DNA of 64,000 bases, taken from assembly GCA_016748015.1 (NCBI GenBank), contig JAAOMT010000570.1:128043-192042 (forward strand), read 5' to 3'. The notes under the pieces were generated by a model that was not told the DNA's origin, made no database searches, and saw only the letters and a program-made list of their open reading frames with translations. Below are positions 12,621 through 26,800 of this stretch, piece by piece; the first letter of the stretch is position 1, and every line of letters starts with the position of its first letter. The DNA is from Geosiphon pyriformis uo1. Taxonomy: Eukaryota > Fungi > Glomeromycota. Position numbers and translations under genes: made by a program.

Positions 12621-14307
12621 TTTAATTATTTATTTAAATTAATCAAAATTATACTATATAATTATACAAATTATAATAATATTATTTAGATCTAAAAAAA
12701 AGAGCAATATTTATATAAATTAAAACTTATAACAAAATATTATATTTAAAAATATTATAAAAAAGATTAAATATAATAAATTATTGAATATAATTAAAAA
12801 ATTTTCAGATAATAAAGTTGTTAATCTGTTTAATATTTTAAATAAGTTTTAAAAACATTAAGATAAGTAGTAAATATATAAATTATATTTAGTTTAAAAT
12901 ATTTGGTTTGTTTTTTATATTAAATAACAATTAAGTTTTATTTATTAAATATAAAAAAAATTATATATAATATAAATTAAAAATTTAGATTAAAAAATAA
13001 TAAAAAAATTTGATTTTTATTGTTAAATAAAATAAAATAATATATACATATAAAATTAAAATTTATAAATTATGTTTATAATAATAATAAAATAGTATTT
13101 TATTAAGTAATAATGTTTTAATAAAATTATAATAATACTATTTTACACATAAATTTAAATTAAAATAAATAATTTATATTTATAATTACTTAATTAAAAT
13201 TAAAAATATTTTATAAAAAAAATTATATTTTAAAAGTTTAAATTATAAATAATACTTTCAATATAATTGTTATTAAATTAAAAGTTAAAAAATATATATA
13301 TATTTAAAAATTATTTGTAATAATAATGCTTAAAAATTTTAACACAAATAATTATTATTTTTAGTATTGGTAGTTTTTTTTTATGAAGATTAAACATCAA
13401 AAATAATTTTACTAAAATATTTATTTAAATAAAACATTTAATGTTTACTTTAAACTATTTAATAATTTTAAAAAAATAAACATACCAAATATTTTTTCTG
13501 CTTACTTTTTATTCATAAATCTTTTGAGTTAAATTTTTTTGTAATTTAAATATGTATTTTTGGTTGCAAAGATTTTTTCATCAATGTTAGGAATTTGGTT
13601 TAAAAATTATCATCAATATACATACAAAATCAGAATATTTATCTTTAATTACTTTTTAACAACAAAGAAAGAAGCTACCATCTGAGCCTTTTCAATTTCA
13701 GCAACATTAGCAGTGATTTTTGGTAATTTAGAATATTTTATTCTGCTTTTCTATTCATCAATTCTGATTCTTCGATTTCCAAAGCTGAAGGCTTATAAAT
13801 TGCGGTAATGATAACTAGTTCTTTAACAATAAGTCATCAAAAACGAAAATAAAACGTGATCTATTGTCATTAGGTTATCTTCATTAAGATTATCTACTTT
13901 TTCACTTCTACTCCTTCTTTCATCAAAAAATCTTTTTCAGATTTTTCTGTTTTTGAGTTGCCAATAGTCGCGGAATCCAGAATATCAAGCTCCCAAAAAT
14001 CTTCAAAGGGAATATAAGTTCGAGTAGTTTCAAAAACTATTCTCGACTTCGTTGCTTGTAAACAATCACCTCAATCACAGAGGATTTTAATGGACAAACT
14101 TTTTCTTGGGATTTTTGTTTGATTAGCGAAAAGAGGGAATCACGGTTATTATTCATGTTTATTTATCATATTATTTTTAAGCAGTAGATATTAGCCAAAG
14201 GAAAAATAAAAAGAACCTCAGGCATTAACAAGGGAATTAAAAGAAAATTAGAGGGAGAGTGGAAATTAAAGCAAAATATCGCTTATGTGAATGCGATTAT
14301 ATCCCTT

Positions 14308-14315
14308 TGACGTCA
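14308..14315. promoter_or_regulatory. CRE/ATF palindrome TGACGTCA upstream of the A20/AN1 gene
   Basis: Exact 8-bp palindrome about 520 bp upstream of the ATG; function unverified. Confidence 0.3.
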
Positions 14316-14832
14316 CATGTTCATTTGTGCACCATGCCCCATATAGTTGAAGGATTTCTTATAACGCATTCACGCTGAAGCTTCAGAATAGTCAATACCT
14401 AATATTACTAATTGTTCCCAACTGGCTGGATTAAGCACCAATGTTTTATTTTTCAAATGATCATATCCACCAGCCCATCGTTCGGATTTGTCATTGATTC
14501 GCTATGAGTTCATCACCAGGTTCGTCATCTTGAGCAAAGTCAACTGGTGGACTGCAAGCAGTACGTACAGTCGTTGGTAGCGCCACATATAAGATAACGT
14601 AACCCCTTTCACCCTTCCTTTGTTTCTTTCATCTTTCCATTGTTTCAGTCGACCAACCCTCTTCTCTGACCTTTTCTGTTGTACGTAATTTCTGTTCTCT
14701 CCTATTTTATTCATTCTCTTTTTCGCTAATCAATTTTTGCCCTGACTCAACTACATATATACAGCAAGCAAGTGTCAACAGCAACTTTAGTTAAAACTCT
14801 ATCACATTAATTTTAAAATTAAACTCTTGGAA

Positions 14833-15806
14833 ATGGAAGATAACACTTCTAACCCAGCAGAATTTTGTGTTAATGGCTGTGGTTTCTACGGGTAAGTTCC
14901 CTAGCGTGCGATATTTCGAATCAGTCGTAGGTCTTAACATCTTGACTAGAATCTGAGTTTTAGTTTTAGCACTTATCATTATAACTATCTACATCCTAAA
15001 ATACCCTTTTTTTCCTATCCCATAATCTTGGTCAACCTTTGCCTTTACCCTTTTTCACGATATAGAAACCCTATCTACAATCAAATGTGCTCCAAATGCT
15101 TTAAGAAACCAAATCCTATGACTGGTCAAAGTGGTACGTAAAAATAGGGAAACCAGACATCCGATTTCTTTCTGGCTCCATCGTTTTTCTAACTCTCTTA
15201 TAGGAGTTAGATTAAGTGACTGATCGCTCGTTCCACACTCCTCGATATTGTTACAGCTGAAAAAACCATCGAACCTTCAATGCCGGCCACAGTCGCCCCT
15301 TCAACAACTCAAGTTTCTCCTTCAACAATCACTACCGAACTCTTATCCTCCTCTGCTTCCTCGAGTCCCTCTGTTGAGAGGGATAATCCTGTGATTCAAC
15401 CAACATCAAGTTCTTCGAGTTCGATGGTTGGTGTTGAGGATGCCTCTAATTCAACATCTGCCGGAGCTAGATCACCCACACGCCCTATTCAAAAGAATAA
15501 AGCGAGATGCTTCATGTGTAGAGCCAAGATTCCGCTTGCAAAGCAGACTATCAATAAATGTCGCTGTGGTATGAAACTCGATATCTTTAGTTCCAGTTTC
15601 TTATGGTTCAAATCATATAATAATTTTCGTTCATTAATATCATTTAATTTTACATAGAATATGTTTACTGCGATATCCACAAAGTCCCCGACAAGCACGA
15701 CTGTGATTTCGATTTTGCCAAAATGGGTAAAGACATTTTGACCAAGAATAATCCAAAGTTAAACGAAGTTCACAAAGGAGGTCGCTCGTTTAACCGAATT
15801 GATTAA
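14833..15806 (+). CDS. A20/AN1 zinc-finger protein (ZFAND5/6, SAP-like), 4 coding exons
   Basis: Exons about 14833-14891, 15066-15133, 15257-15568, 15658-15806 with GT-AG introns; A20 finger CVNGCGFYGN...MCSKC; AN1 finger CFMC...CRC...YCDIHKVPDKHDC. Confidence 0.9.
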
Positions 15807-16657
15807 CCAATTTTCCGGCCAAAATTTATATGTCACCCACTAAAACGGTAGATCTATCGCAGTACCCCATGATTTTTAGGCCTGACAAGTTGTTGTCCTT
15901 GATGCTTGTATGTGGCAGCCTTGCTTTTAATTCTTTCATCATATTTGGACAATATTATCTTCTGCAAATGGAAACCGAACTCCTGTCAATTATTTTGGTA
16001 TTCCTCATCCCGGACGTTTTCTCTGATCTAGCATTCCTATTACTGCTCAACCATGAGAACTATTTGCACTACCAATACCCTTATTTTTCTTATTTAGTAT
16101 CTTGAACAGCTTCAATTGTTTTTAGTAATAAATATTCATCCCTATTTTCTTTTTGCACTCCAATTTCCTTTATATTCTCAGGGTCTTTTAGATATAATTT
16201 GGCAGAAATTATGTGTTGTTTATCAGATTCAAACATTGCACAAATTGCGAGCTTTATACCAAATTTGACTGTTTTTTGGCCTGGAAAGGTTGGGAATTTT
16301 TCAAAGACAAAACCTCATGATCCCAATTATAAAAACGGTCGAAATCATTTGAATTTGCATCCGCACACCTACTTTGAATGAAAATTTGCAAGTGTAATAC
16401 AGAATCTGTTGAAAATCTGGTGGGAAAACTTACGTATATTATAGTGTCTATATTAGCTATGTCAGGGCAATCAAATTCCTCAACTCTAAAATAAATTTTC
16501 AAACCGTAATTCTTTTTAGACGCTAAATTGAATTTGGGGCGGAAGAACCTTGAACTAGGAATAAGGTTAGTTCCAGATTAGTACGATAACACTCACATTT
16601 AACAGGGAGTGTTTACCAATATTATTCTGAATATTCAAATCAGTTCCTACTTCTTAT

Positions 16658-18055
16658 TCAGACGAAATCAATTTCATCCTTTTTGTAAATAGAAGAAAGG
16701 TTTTTACTTTATTATATTTTTAATAGGACATTCAAGAAAATTTTAAATTTTATACCTTCGGCTCTTTAGGCTCTTGATCTTCTCCATATTGTGTTGCATT
16801 ATCGATGTGTGATAGTACAGTTTCTATCGATTCCTCATCATTGATGTTTAATGGCAAGAAACTGACCATATTATAATCATCTATCTAAAATTTGAAGATC
16901 ATTTCTATAAGAAATTTAATATTGAAATGATTAAAGTTTGCATAGATACCAGTTGTACAATCGCCTGATTCAAACTATGAAATTTGGGGTTTGTCCTTGT
17001 ATTTACTTCTTCGGTCAATAACAATGGATCAGGATCGAAATATCTAAAAATATATAAGTTTCTCGAAATCAATTGTGTGGCAAAAGGAGCAATCCGTTAA
17101 ATAATTATGACATTGACCTTTCCAATTTTCTTCTTTTCACCTTTCCGAGAAGGTCCATCTTTGACATAACGTTAATATGTGGAATCTCTAAACTAATCAT
17201 GGCGGACATTGCACTCAATACGCCCGCGAAAAATTTAGACTTATCTTCAACAAATTGGCTTTCGAGAAGAAACACACCACAAATGCGGAAATTCATTCGT
17301 TGTAGGCAATCGCAGATGCGTTTCATTATCGGAAAATGCGTGTACAGCTCAATTTGGCCTGCTCTCAAACAAGGGTAATTTGAAGTGCGTTTTGCCCATT
17401 AATAGTTAGATGTCGGGTAAACGAAAAAACAATCCCAAACAAACAAGATAAAACTTCATAAACCTGGACAATCGATAATTAAATAATCATCATCGTATTC
17501 CCCCAATTCTCCCTCCAGCCAATCGAGATTATTCAAAAGAAATCTAAATTTTAGTTGAGGTGAGAATTATAAAGCTTTTATCAAAGTAAATTACAAATTA
17601 ATTATTTTAAAGTTTACTCTAAACAATATATTAGACCTCCATTTGGACCAAATTGCAATTCTTCCATTACATCCTCCAATGTTATAAGATCACGAATATC
17701 TAAAGAATTTTATTAATTGGCTTTAGGAATTTACCTCAGGAAAGCAGCAAAACTCTTTAAGTACCTATCGCTGGTTCATATTCAAATCTCTCCGCTGCTG
17801 GATCCAAATTGAATAGATTAACTGTGCGGCCAACATTTTGACAGTGGGTCATAATGGTGGCGCAATAAGTGGACTATGCAAAAATTTATTTTAAAGGGAA
17901 TAGTTTATGATGCAAAAACAACGGTAGAGGTCTTTGTACAAACCTTGCCCGAACCCGCCGGTCCCATGACAAGTTGTACTGTGCGTCCCCTTCAATGATG
18001 CAAAACATTAATTGAAATTTACATGAACCTCATAATTAGTGAACCCTACCTACAT
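16658..18055 (-). CDS. GPN3: GPN-loop GTPase 3, multi-exon
   Basis: [19 protein letters not shown]-loop, NLDPAAE, GPNGGL loop, [17 protein letters not shown]-terminus; start codon split by an intron. Confidence 0.92.
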
Positions 18056-18280
18056 GTGTGCGAGCCAACCTCTCAAGGACAAAGTCGATTACTAGAAAAT
18101 TTTAGCAACAATCTATGTTGATCATATAAAGCTATTCATCACTAATTGGCTCTCAGTCACTATCATAAATACATCAGTTATTTTGCTGTTGTTTTTGAAA
18201 TTTGATTTATTGAAAACCTAATTTTAGTGGAGGAATCTGTTTGCCACTCATTCCGGTATAGGCATATTGCAAGGATATTT

Positions 18281-21074
18281 TTATTTACCGAACATTTTGC
18301 CAAATATTCCAAAGCGACTTTGAGTAGCTTGTTTTTTTCGGCCTGCACGCTCTGCCAAAGTTGGGGGATATTCGATGTAGTTCGACGCGATATCAAAAAA
18401 TAAAGGTTTTGCAGGAATTGGAACGAATTTTGGAGGAAAATCGATCAAATTAGGGTCACTCATTGAAAGGCTTGTTGGGTATTCATGAAGGCGTTTAATT
18501 AACGGTGGCTATTGCAAAAGATTTTCCCAACATTAATAAATGCATTTCCGTGGAGTTACGTGTTTGAGGTTCAAATATTCAAATACCTCTCTCGTTTTAG
18601 TTTTCTCGTTAACGCTCAATTCACCCATTTTTTTGGTTAGACCACCAGTCTCCGGGTCAATATCTCGGTCATCGGTTTGCTCCAAATGCCATTGCGCCTG
18701 AGCCCTACAATCGTAACCTCTTATCAATAGATCAAGCCTATTCACATCGTTCACTGTAATTATCAAGATGTCTTCGACATCTGAAGAATTTTTATACAGT
18801 AAAGACAAGGCTTTGGAAATATATTCTCGAGCCCGTTGATATAATGCCATCGACTCGGCAGGTTTATTGTGGGCTGAATATGCTATACCAACATAGAACG
18901 TCCTAGAAATTGGAACTGAAAGTATTGAAAGAGATGCAGGATAAAATTTTTTGACCAAAAAAACGAGATTTGTTACCTAGACGCTTTAAAGTACCATATT
19001 TTTGCTTCCGTCTCTTGTGCCAAAGTGAGATTATCCTGAGTAGCTGGAAGTTCACTTATTTCGTTTAGACTCTAAAATTTCCCAATTTTCGCAAATAAGT
19101 ACAAGTTCGAATAGAAAATTTCATAATATTTTTATTCGAAAGGTTGATAATTGGACGTGAATACCTGCAATACATTGTCATATAACTTGACAATTTCTTG
19201 ATATTTTCCACCTACTGACTTGCTCTCACTTTTCTCTATCTGACTTCGGAGTGAATCAACAAGCATCAAATTACGCTGAATCCTGCGGGATAAATAGTGA
19301 TAAGCAAGATAGGAATACACAAAATTGATGTTTTCTGTGTTTTTTTCGGATTTTGATGATTTAACTTTGGCTGTCGCTGCCTAAATGTGTTAAAAGACAA
19401 GTTAAAATTGGATAAAATTTTTTTCAAACGATGGTGAACAATACCGCATCCTCTTTGACTGCTATTTTGGCAACTCGTTCAGCATCTCCATATGCTGCAA
19501 GAACTTTATCAAATAAGTCTATCTTGAAAAATTCATCTACAGTAGCGTTCTCAATTTTATCCAAATCTGCAGCTGCTTCTTGTGCTCGCAATATGTATAC
19601 TGCCATTTCTGGGTTTTTTAATGGAATGACCCGATTTCTCCAAGTAATAGATGTTAGAGCCGCTGCTTTCTCTTTACGTGTCTGTGAAAGAACGGCCTAC
19701 ATAGCAAAAAGAAAAAGCTTTAGTGTTGAAAATAACTAACGATTCTCGCTATCAGACATACTTCAACTTGAGCCTCCAGCAAATCCAAACCTATTCTTTT
19801 GTTTTTTCCCAGAGTAATTTTCACCAGTTCATCAACATCTTGAAAACCATCAGTACCTAAACGTAACTTATATGCACAGTATCTAATATTTGGGTCAATA
19901 TCATCAATAGCGGCTTGACAGAGGGCTTCTTGATGGGAGGTTCCGGCAGTGGATAATTTTTCATATATGGTCCTTTGAAAAGTAATCATATGATTTAGTC
20001 TGTAAAAAAATTATAAATGTCCGAAAGTTCAAGGAATTACCTTGCAGCAGCAAATGTATCAAGTGCTTCTTGCCATGATTGCTGTTCGAAAAGCATAAAC
20101 CCAGACATCAAAGCTGAATAAGCCTATATTGTCAGTGAAAAAAGTGTATGGTTAGCGAGAAAACAAGTTAATAGATAAGATTTCATCCAAACTTCGATCA
20201 AGAAATTTAGAAAACCTGTGCCTCCAATACTGTACGTGCATCAACTTTTCCTTTTTCCGTGGAACACAAAATTTCTAAAGCTTGAGCATATTTCACGGCT
20301 TTTTTTAGGCGTTTTATAAGATGAAATTTTTTCCTAGTGTCCACCCCATTGGATCTCGATTCTCTTTTCAATTCCATCGCATAGCTCCAAGCGCGTTCCG
20401 TATTAAAAAGAATAATCTGTAAAAATCTGTGATTTTAGGTGATATTTAATACTCGTTGTAGGAAATTTTCTTCTCTAAAGTTTTTAAGTTTTTTTGATAT
20501 TTGATTTACGTTTTTAAAGGTGGATGTTTTTGAAGATTAAATATTTTAATTTTGTTGGGTTTATATATATGATCGCAATAGTACCTCACATCAGTTAACA
20601 CATCCTCTGTGATATCCTTTCTTTGAAAAGCTTTCCCCTTGCTATTTGTGAAGTTTAAAGCCTTATGAAGACGACGTAGCTTCTGTGCACAATATTGCCT
20701 GGACAATCCAATACATACGATAATCAAATTTCATTTGGTTGAACCACATATTATAAAAAGTTTGAAAGGGATATTTTAGTTAATAATTGAACATCCAACA
20801 TTTTTCTATTGAATCGCGAGCTAATAAAATAAATCGTTTAACACCAAATCATAATATAATACCGCTTCACCTATATCGTTGATAATCCTGATGCCGAAGA
20901 CCATAGGTGTTTCTTGCTTCGTTTGTCAGGGCCAATACTGCATAGCAAATAAAATTTATTGGCTTTATCTAAAGAAGACTCCTGTCCATGAATTTATTGA
21001 AATAATGGCCATTTGATAGGATACCTACGATCGAGCGAAAACACACTATTTGGAGATTCTTGGTCAACTTCCAT
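18281..21074 (-). CDS. SRP68: Signal recognition particle subunit SRP68, multi-exon
   Basis: YGLRHQDYQRYRQYC, ERAWSYAMELK, DPNIRYCAY, PIPAKPLFFDIA motifs. Confidence 0.92.
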
Positions 21075-21350
21075 TAAAAAGTAAAGATGATGTAAAATCT
21101 ATTCTTTTTTAATATCCTATATAGCATGGAAGATTTGTGGCTTGGCGATTGTGATGGCGTAACTTTATCTATGAATTTTTTTCTAAAAAAATTCATGTTT
21201 AAAAATCGAACGTGCCTACTATACATATGAATCATTGCCATTAAAGCAAAGCATCATCGGTCACACCAGCCATTTTTAGTTCACGTGGTGAAATGTCCGC
21301 TTTGTTGCAGCCTGCCCCACCAATAACCGCGACTCCCAACTTTTTGAAGA

Positions 21351-22192
21351 ATGCTTATACCGCCAGAACAATTTGGCATAGTTGAAAAAGGAGTTTACCG
21401 GTCAGATATGCTTCACCAATCACATTTCCCTTTTATAAAGTCTCTCGATTTAAGAACTGTTTTAGTTCTTTCTCCTGAGGTCCCAACGCGTGCAGTAACA
21501 AATTTTCTGGAGGAAAACAACATAAATTTGGTATTCAGTGCTGTTAATTGGTCCACTGCCAATCATAAATTATTGAAAAAAAATAATTGACAACTGTCGA
21601 ACAAGTCTCATTTAGGCTTGAGAGTCTGGAAACCGAACATTGGGTGGAGACCAGTGAGTGAAGAATTAATCAAAGATGGTCTGGAAATGGTTTTGGACAA
21701 TCGAAATCACCCTATTCTTGTAATGTGCACGTAAGTTTTTCGATTTGAAAAATAATATTTCAATAGCTGAAAATATGCGTCTCATTAAGATCAGGTATCC
21801 ATGAAACGGGTACTTTTATTGGCTGCTTACGAAAATTACAAAGTTGGAGTTTTAGTTCTATTGTTGCCGAGGTAATAGAAAACTTCAAGATTTTTCAAGA
21901 GTCTTCAAAAAAAATTCTAATTTCCTGAATTTTTGTTGGAAGTATCGAAGCTATGCAGGAAACAAGGCACGTTATGTGAATCAACAATTCATTGAGTTGT
22001 TTGACATGGATTTGATCACCTTACCAAGGAATTTACCTCAATGGTTTTTGGAACAAATGAAACTATTGGTGAGCCCTAAACAAAACACCCGAATAAATTC
22101 TTTTCTTTAGCTCATTTTTTTAATTGAAAATATTACAGCAAGAAGAAGAAAAGGAATTCGAAGAGGAACAGAATCAGATCATACAACGCTAA
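21351..22192 (+). CDS. Siw14/OCA-family atypical tyrosine phosphatase-like protein (OCA4-like), 5 exons
   Basis: MLIPPEQFGIVEKGVYRS, WRPVSEELIK, HPILVMCTSGIHETGTFIGCLRKLQ, EYRSYAG...QFIELFD; the P-loop Arg is replaced by Glu. Confidence 0.85.
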
Positions 22193-22399
22193 GTTGGGAT
22201 CTTAATTTGAAATTTAATTTCTCCTTTTCTAAATTCGAATTCTTTTCAATCTATGAATAGATATGTATTAATTCGTGATTTGTGTAACAACAGGACAAAT
22301 TATCAGATGACAATTATATCAATCAAGATTATTAAATATATAAAATACAAAGTTACTTGTCAAATGCAAGAGTTATACAACTTTTTTTACTTTTTGGAA

Positions 22400-23830
22400 A
22401 AATTGTGAATTACAATTTAAAGTAATATTAACAATTAAGCAAATCTGCTTTTTTTAATAAGAAAACATTTGTAATATTAAAAATTAAATATTAAACATAT
22501 TCTAATTTAAAATGTAATTAATATGTATATTTTTTTAAATTGTTATTACTTTATTATATTAATATTAATATAATACACAAATAAATATTTAAAATTAATT
22601 ATTAAAAAATTTTTATTTTTATTTTTTTTAAGTGTTTTATAAAACAATAATTTTTAATATTAATAATTAAAAAATTATGCTAAAGCTGAATATTAATTTT
22701 TTTGTTTTTTTAAACAACTAGTAATATTTTTATCAAAAAAGTATTTATAATTATTAAGAGTATTTAATAGTATTTTGTAAAAATATTTTTTTAAGTAAAA
22801 TAATTAAAATTTATTTTTTACTAATTTTAAAACTTATTTAAAATAGTCTTAATATAGGTGTTTTTTTTTAAAGCCTAAAATATTTAATAAAAAACTAATA
22901 ATCAAATTATTCTTTTTTTATTTGTTTTTTTATTATTGTTTAGATAATTAAAAAGACCAAAATTATTAAAAAGTAATTTTTTTTGGCTGTTTTTAGTACT
23001 AATTTTGTTGTTGTTTTTTTTTATAAAAAATAAAGCTTTGGTTTTTTTTGGCTTTTTATCAGTTTTATATTATTTGTATTTGTTTTTATTATTGTTGTTT
23101 TTTATAATGTTTTTTTTTAAAAATTAGTTTTTATTAAAAAAAATAGTATTAGAATTGTTTTTTTTAAATAAAAAAAGTTAATATTTTAAGAAATATATTT
23201 AATATATTAAGTTAATAAAAATTTTTTTAATTATACTGTTTTTAAAATTAATAAGTTAATTTTTTTAAAATTTGTTGTTTTATTTTTTAGTTTTTTAATT
23301 TAAAATATATTACTATTATTTTTGGTTTTTAAACTAATTTAAATATTATTATTTTTAAATATTAAAGTTTAAATTATTTGGTTTTTAATTACAAGATGTT
23401 TTTATTTATTTTTTTAAAGTTTTTGTTAAATATATTGTTAATTTCAAGATTTTTAAATCTTATTTTGTTAAAACAAATTTTTATATTAAAATTACTGCTT
23501 TTTTGGTTTTTATATTTGTTGTTAATATTATTATAATTCAAAAATTTAATAAAAATCATAAAAATAATATAAATTATTCAATCATAAAATAACATAATAA
23601 TAATAATTTTAGAAAAATAATAATTTATATAACAATAATTATTAAATAGTATTAATAGTAAATATTATAATATAATAACAGTAAATATTATTTAAAAATA
23701 TTAAAAATAAAGTATTACAATATTTTATTTTATAAAATTATAAATATATATATATATAGTAGTTTTAATATTAAAAAAAAATTTTTATCTTTTAGCTTTT
23801 ATTTTTAACAATATCAAAATAAACTTTTAA
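22400..23830. other. Extremely AT-rich tract, probable hypermutated TE relic
   Basis: Almost no G/C and no ORF; lies between the gene island and LINE-C; source element not identified. Confidence 0.5.
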
Positions 23831-23835
23831 TTGAT

Positions 23836-26800
23836 TTTTTTATTATTATTATTATTTAATGAGTGAAATCCAAATACTGCCTAGTGCTATACATTATACA
23901 AATGATCTAAACTAGATATGAATTATGTGCTGTACAGAGTTGATAAATGGTTTTTAAGAGCTGGTGACTCTGCCATTTCTGGTAATTCAAGACATTTTGT
24001 TTGTGATATCTTCCAGTTAGTTTATCGGATGTGTTGGGAGGTTAGATCCAGTTCCTGAGTTTTGGTAGATAGTTTGCGAGGTGATGTTGATTGGGCCAGG
24101 TCTGTTTTGGTATAACACCCAAATTCCCACATGGCTGCTGGCTTTACTAGTTTACGTACTGCTGGCTTTCAGACTTATTTCATGAAGGCTCTGCATCATC
24201 GACTTCCTGTCGCTGTGCATAAGCATCTATATAATAGGCTTTACCCCAGTATAGTGTGCTTATTCTGTGATGAGGTTGAGATCTCTGATCATGTTTTTTC
24301 CTGCTTCTTTGACGCCATTGGCCATGAGTGTTTGATGAATACTTATGTGGCTGTTTGGGAGGCATGCTTTGGTTTATCTCATTCTTTTTCATGCATTTCT
24401 CAGTTACTGTCCACTTGTGCTTCAAATTGTGTGGTTGGAGTGGCCTTATGTAAAGAATTTGTTTTCAATAATTGGTATCGTAAATCTGTCTCTGTTTTTG
24501 AGGATCCCAGGGTGGCAGCTTGTAACATGGTGTCTTTTGTGTATAAGTTTTGTGCTGTGTTCCAGGATGAAATCTGGTTGGTTCATGTGAGACACCGGGC
24601 AGTGATAGAAAAGGGTAGGCTGATTTCTCGTGACGGCTCTGTTCCTGTTTCTGTTTCTGGTTTTTCTATGGGCTTTTTAGCAGGTGTTGTTAGATTGTTG
24701 GGGGTTGCTAATGCAATTAGCATTCATTTCAGGTTTTGTAGGTCTTGTTTATTTTTTTCTGGTGCTTGTAAAGAAGTTTCTGTTCATATAAGTGCGTAGT
24801 GTTGTTCTGACTGGTCTGAGTAGCTGGTCACATGTAGAAAAGGCATGATTCACGCCTAATTTAGATCATTTAATGATGTATTATACTAAGTAGTGTTTGG
24901 ACTTTACTTATTAAATGAGAATTAATCATGTACTTTTTACATGTGACCAGTCACTTGGACCAATTAGAACAACACTATATATCTATATAAACAGAAACTT
25001 TATTATCTATATCTGAAAAAAACAAACAAGACTTACAAAAACCAAAACCAACACCAATTGCCTCAGCAATACCCAGCAATTCAACCACACTCACTAACAG
25101 CACTAAAAAAAGCCCAAAAATTGAGATAAAAACAGATCCATTACATGGAATAAGACCATTTTTTTCCATAAAAGCATGATGCTTGGCACAAACCAACCAA
25201 ATGTCCTTCCAAAAAGCATGACTAAACTCACGCACAAAAGCCACAATTTTTTGACTCACTATTTTGGAATCCTTGAAAACAGAGACAGATTCATGAAACC
25301 AACCCTTGAAAACAAAATCTTTGTACAAAGCAATGCTGACCAAAACATTAGACGAACAAGTAAACAACAGCTGTAAGACAACTGAGGAAAAACAACCCAG
25401 ACCGGATTGCACCCTCCAAGCTGATGCATGAGAGTTCAACAAATAAGCACAATCATCAGCATTAAACGAACAAGAAAAAGCATGGTTCAAGACTTTGACA
25501 TCACCACAGAACAAACACACCACACTAGGATAACATTTATCATAAAGTCATTTATGCACAGCAACAAGAAGCTGAAAATGCAATACTTTCATAAAATATG
25601 TCCAAAAACCAGCAGTCTGCTTGCTAATAAAGCCAGCAGCCATGTGAAAGTCTGGATGCCATACCAGCAATAATCTGAACCAATCAATATCCGCACACAG
25701 ACTATCCACTACCACCTGCAAACCAGAACCAATTTCTCAATGTACATGATAAACTAACTAAAAAACATTCCAAACAAAATGCCTAGAATTACCAAAAATG
25801 GCAGTACCACTAACCCTAAGATAGCATTTATTGATAGAATGAGGCAGATTCCAATTAGAGAGAGCCGCAGCTCTGGCCAACTCATCTGTGCGCTTATTGC
25901 CCAAAACATCTGAATGATTTTTGACTTTATACTAATTAACATTTAAATTCTTATAACAAATGACATTCACAATGTGGTGACGTTCAATCCAACACCAATT
26001 TCTAAAATCTGAGCAAACCAAATCCAACTCCAATTGGCAAGCATCCAAAGCTGCTTGACTGTTCGAGAACAAGTCGATCAAGCAAGAAAGAGGGACATAC
26101 TCAAGAGCTAGAGCAATGGCCTACAACTCTGTCAAGGTAGAAAACATCAAACCAAAAACTCCCACACCTAAACCCATACCAATGTCCTTAAAGAAAACAG
26201 CAGCCCCAGCTTTCATATCAATAGACCCCAAGCCACTCAAAGATCCATTCATATAAACAGAAAAGTGACCAACATTAGAACACAACAAATTGGCACTAAT
26301 AGCACTAAACTCACAAGAACAAAGAATATTTGAAGAGCTGCCATCATCCAAAGGCAAGGAATAGACAGAAAGAGAGGACGCACCACCAAGAAATCAAACA
26401 GAAAGCTCAAACCAGGCAAAAACTAAACCATGCGGGTCCAACTGCTTCCACCACTTGAAGGTTTTCTAATCAAAAATATCCCCACTTTGATCAAGCAGCT
26501 GGTCCACAAAGACAATTCTATAACACTAAAATAAAGAGACACATCTAAAATAGATTGATTTATCAAGAACACAAGACATAGGGGTTCCACCCCAATGACA
26601 AAAAGCATTGGTCAGAGAGCCACCCAAGAACAAATCACTTCCAAAGAATGCACACCATACCAGCCAAAAAATTATTCAGAAGATTGACCTTAACATAAAC
26701 CAGGTACTGCAAAGGATAAAGTGGATGCCAGCAGAAAACCTAAAGATTATAAGACCAGTGAGAGAATAAATGACCCAAAATACCAACAGAGTTTGCAAAA

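Noticed and set aside
13620-14100. Possible decayed coding sequence on the minus strand
   Set aside because: Coding-like composition, but interrupted by stops and with no family I can recognise.
15830-16502. Short ORFs between the A20/AN1 gene and GPN3
   Set aside because: They lie in the probable 3' UTR and intergenic space of convergent genes and have no recognisable motifs.
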